A DNA stretch of 64,000 bases, from positions 496,001 through 560,000 of the forward strand of contig NW_026782275.1 in assembly GCF_031769215.1 (NCBI RefSeq), in the 5' to 3' direction. Position 1 is the stretch's first letter; every line of letters begins with the position of its first letter. Below the pieces are notes generated by a model, which did not search any database, was not told the origin of the DNA, and saw only the letters and a list, made by a program, of their open reading frames with translations. A program made the translations under genes and the position numbers. This stretch comes from Ylistrum balloti. Lineage: Eukaryota. Shown in pieces: positions 62,076-64,000 of the stretch.

Positions 62076-63166
62076 TGTAGAAATTCTAAGTCATACATAA
62101 AATATTGAAGTTGTTGTGACTAGAACTAAAACAACTGTTGTGGATTAGTTATCCTCAGCATGACAGTTCTTGGTAGATTCACATAGTTAGCAGAGTGAAA
62201 TCTCCCAGAGAAATTCACATTAGACTCTAAAAAGCTAATAAACTTACAGGAGATCTCTAATTGACATTTTGTTACGGCTGTTCTATCACTGTGACCTTCT
62301 CTGAAATTAATGGTTATAACCAAATATAGACGGCTTTTTAATGGTACTTACTTTCTCATAATGGGCTAACTCGTGGTCAGATGTTAATAAACACCTGAAG
62401 AGTTTGGATTAAGGTGATCTGTCTCTTGTAGCCTCCCTGTAGTTCTCTCCACACTTTTTCATTGCCATGGTGATGCTGAGAGTTGACACACTTCTCCCAT
62501 CTACACTCAATTCATCCTTGTCATACCAAAGATGGATGACCTTCTTGTTACCAGTCTATATATGTAGTCAGTAAACAATAAGCTAACCTTGAAGTGTTTG
62601 ATCCAGCAGAATCACCAAAACTTGGGATATGAGATAGAACTGATCCAGTCTAGATTAATTGTAATTAAGAGGCTCAGTTGGGTCCAAACTGTTAAAAATG
62701 TTGCCCTTTTAACAGGAAGGGGCTGCTGAAAAGTGTTTTTTTCCCAAAAATACAGATGAGCTCAAACAAAGTGTTCACATGATCATATGAGGACAGATGT
62801 CTTATTATCCGAGTTTTATTATCCAAGTAAATAAGTCATTTAAATGTATTGATTGGGATATCTGTTTTATCAACCATTAATTTCAGGAATTTATTATCAA
62901 CTATATTTTTTCAGGAGGTTGATACATTTTGGGTTGTTTTTCATTTTAAAAATGTAATCTGGGTCTACATGTATCAGACGCAACAATAAAAAATATAAGA
63001 CAGGTGTCAGTATGTTCAAAACCAGTCCTCCTAATAGACAACAACAAATGCTGCTCGTTCTTCATCATTGTTGAATACAGATGCTGTGTTTGTAAGCTTT
63101 TACCTACATGTAGTCACTGGTGGTTTTTTTTTGTCATCTATTCTTATTGACCAATGAAATAACTAA

Positions 63167-63309
63167 AAAATCAAAAGGTTAAAACAAAAGATTAAAAAAT
63201 CACGCCCTCCCTACAGTCCCATGAGCCAACACGGCAGATACATAGAGTGATCTCCCTTCCTGTAGGGAGGATGGGATTTTTTAATCTTTTGTTTTAATCT
63301 TTTGATTTT
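63167..63309. repeat. ~50-bp-arm inverted repeat with a 43-bp spacer
   Basis: aaaatcaaaaggttaaaacaaaagattaaaaaatcacgccctccctacag versus ctgtagggaggatgggattttttaatcttttgttttaatcttttgatttt; about 4 mismatches. Confidence 0.9.
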
Positions 63310-64000
63310 GGGCTACAAAGTTGGGTGCAGATACCATACATACATACTAAAGTTATTGTAATTATTACTGAAATGAAAAATAATTTGCGAAAGAATATCA
63401 CTATATACTGTCTGTAAATTTATCATTTCCTTATCTAGATGAAGATTGTCGATCAGTAAGTGACTCCGATTGACCCCAACATTTCATGGAAATGATGTCA
63501 AGAACCATAGTGTGACCCTTAAAGTGTGCCTGATTTTGAATTTACTGTCATTATGAATCTTAGATAAAAACACTCAGATTTCTGAAATTATGCACAAAGG
63601 CAGCACTTTTTGATCTTGTTTTGCTTGTATAAATATGTATGAATTAGAATAGGGATGACCCTGCTGTTATTTGTCATTTGTTACATGATAAGTGATCATG
63701 TTGTTACAAATATCCATTTTACTGCCTCTGCTATATATAATTTGTAAAAGCTCACTAAAATTCGCAATAGTATATTTATATCACACCCACAATATTCAAA
63801 CAGTAGTATTATCCAGAAATTCTACACCAAGCTATACAAGGCTATCCCGTTTGATGGTGTCTAGAAAAATGACCTGTATATGAATCAGCAATTAAATAGA
63901 TGAGCCATGAGGATAATAGTTTATAGCGTGACAAATTGTGGAAAACCATAATCACCTCAGCAGTATGTTAATAACGTGGCATTGGAATAATGAAGGTGTC

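Noticed and set aside
46146-64000. Further GABA-B R1 exons (expected to start C[DE]PG...)
   Set aside because: No phase-0 acceptor followed by such a peptide was found by eye; the next exon probably lies beyond the window, though I may have missed it.

Overview
AT-rich, intron-rich animal genomic DNA; repeat types suggest a mollusc, probably a bivalve (inference). Four spliced genes are arranged as two head-to-head pairs. (1) FKBP15, 5' four coding exons, minus strand, running off the window start. (2) A complete CTR1/SLC31A1 copper importer, plus strand, 4 coding exons, 209 aa, with a 19-Met ectodomain. (3) ZNHIT6/BCD1 box C/D snoRNP assembly factor, minus strand, 7 confident exons plus a candidate first exon. 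(4) The first coding exon of a GABA-B receptor subunit 1-like gene, plus strand. Most exons are absent from the supplied ORF track and were assembled by hand from splice sites and reading phase. The main observation is that FKBP15 and CTR1 appear to share a promoter of under 400 bp, the same head-to-head arrangement as human 9q32. Also notable are tandem duplications of real splice donors in CTR1 and ZNHIT6, a pogo-type transposon inserted in a 42-bp minisatellite, and a TA-CCGG-TA excision footprint whose pre-insertion allele is visible in neighbouring repeat units. The long ORFs in the track are minisatellite artefacts. No CRISPR, rRNA or tRNA genes were found.
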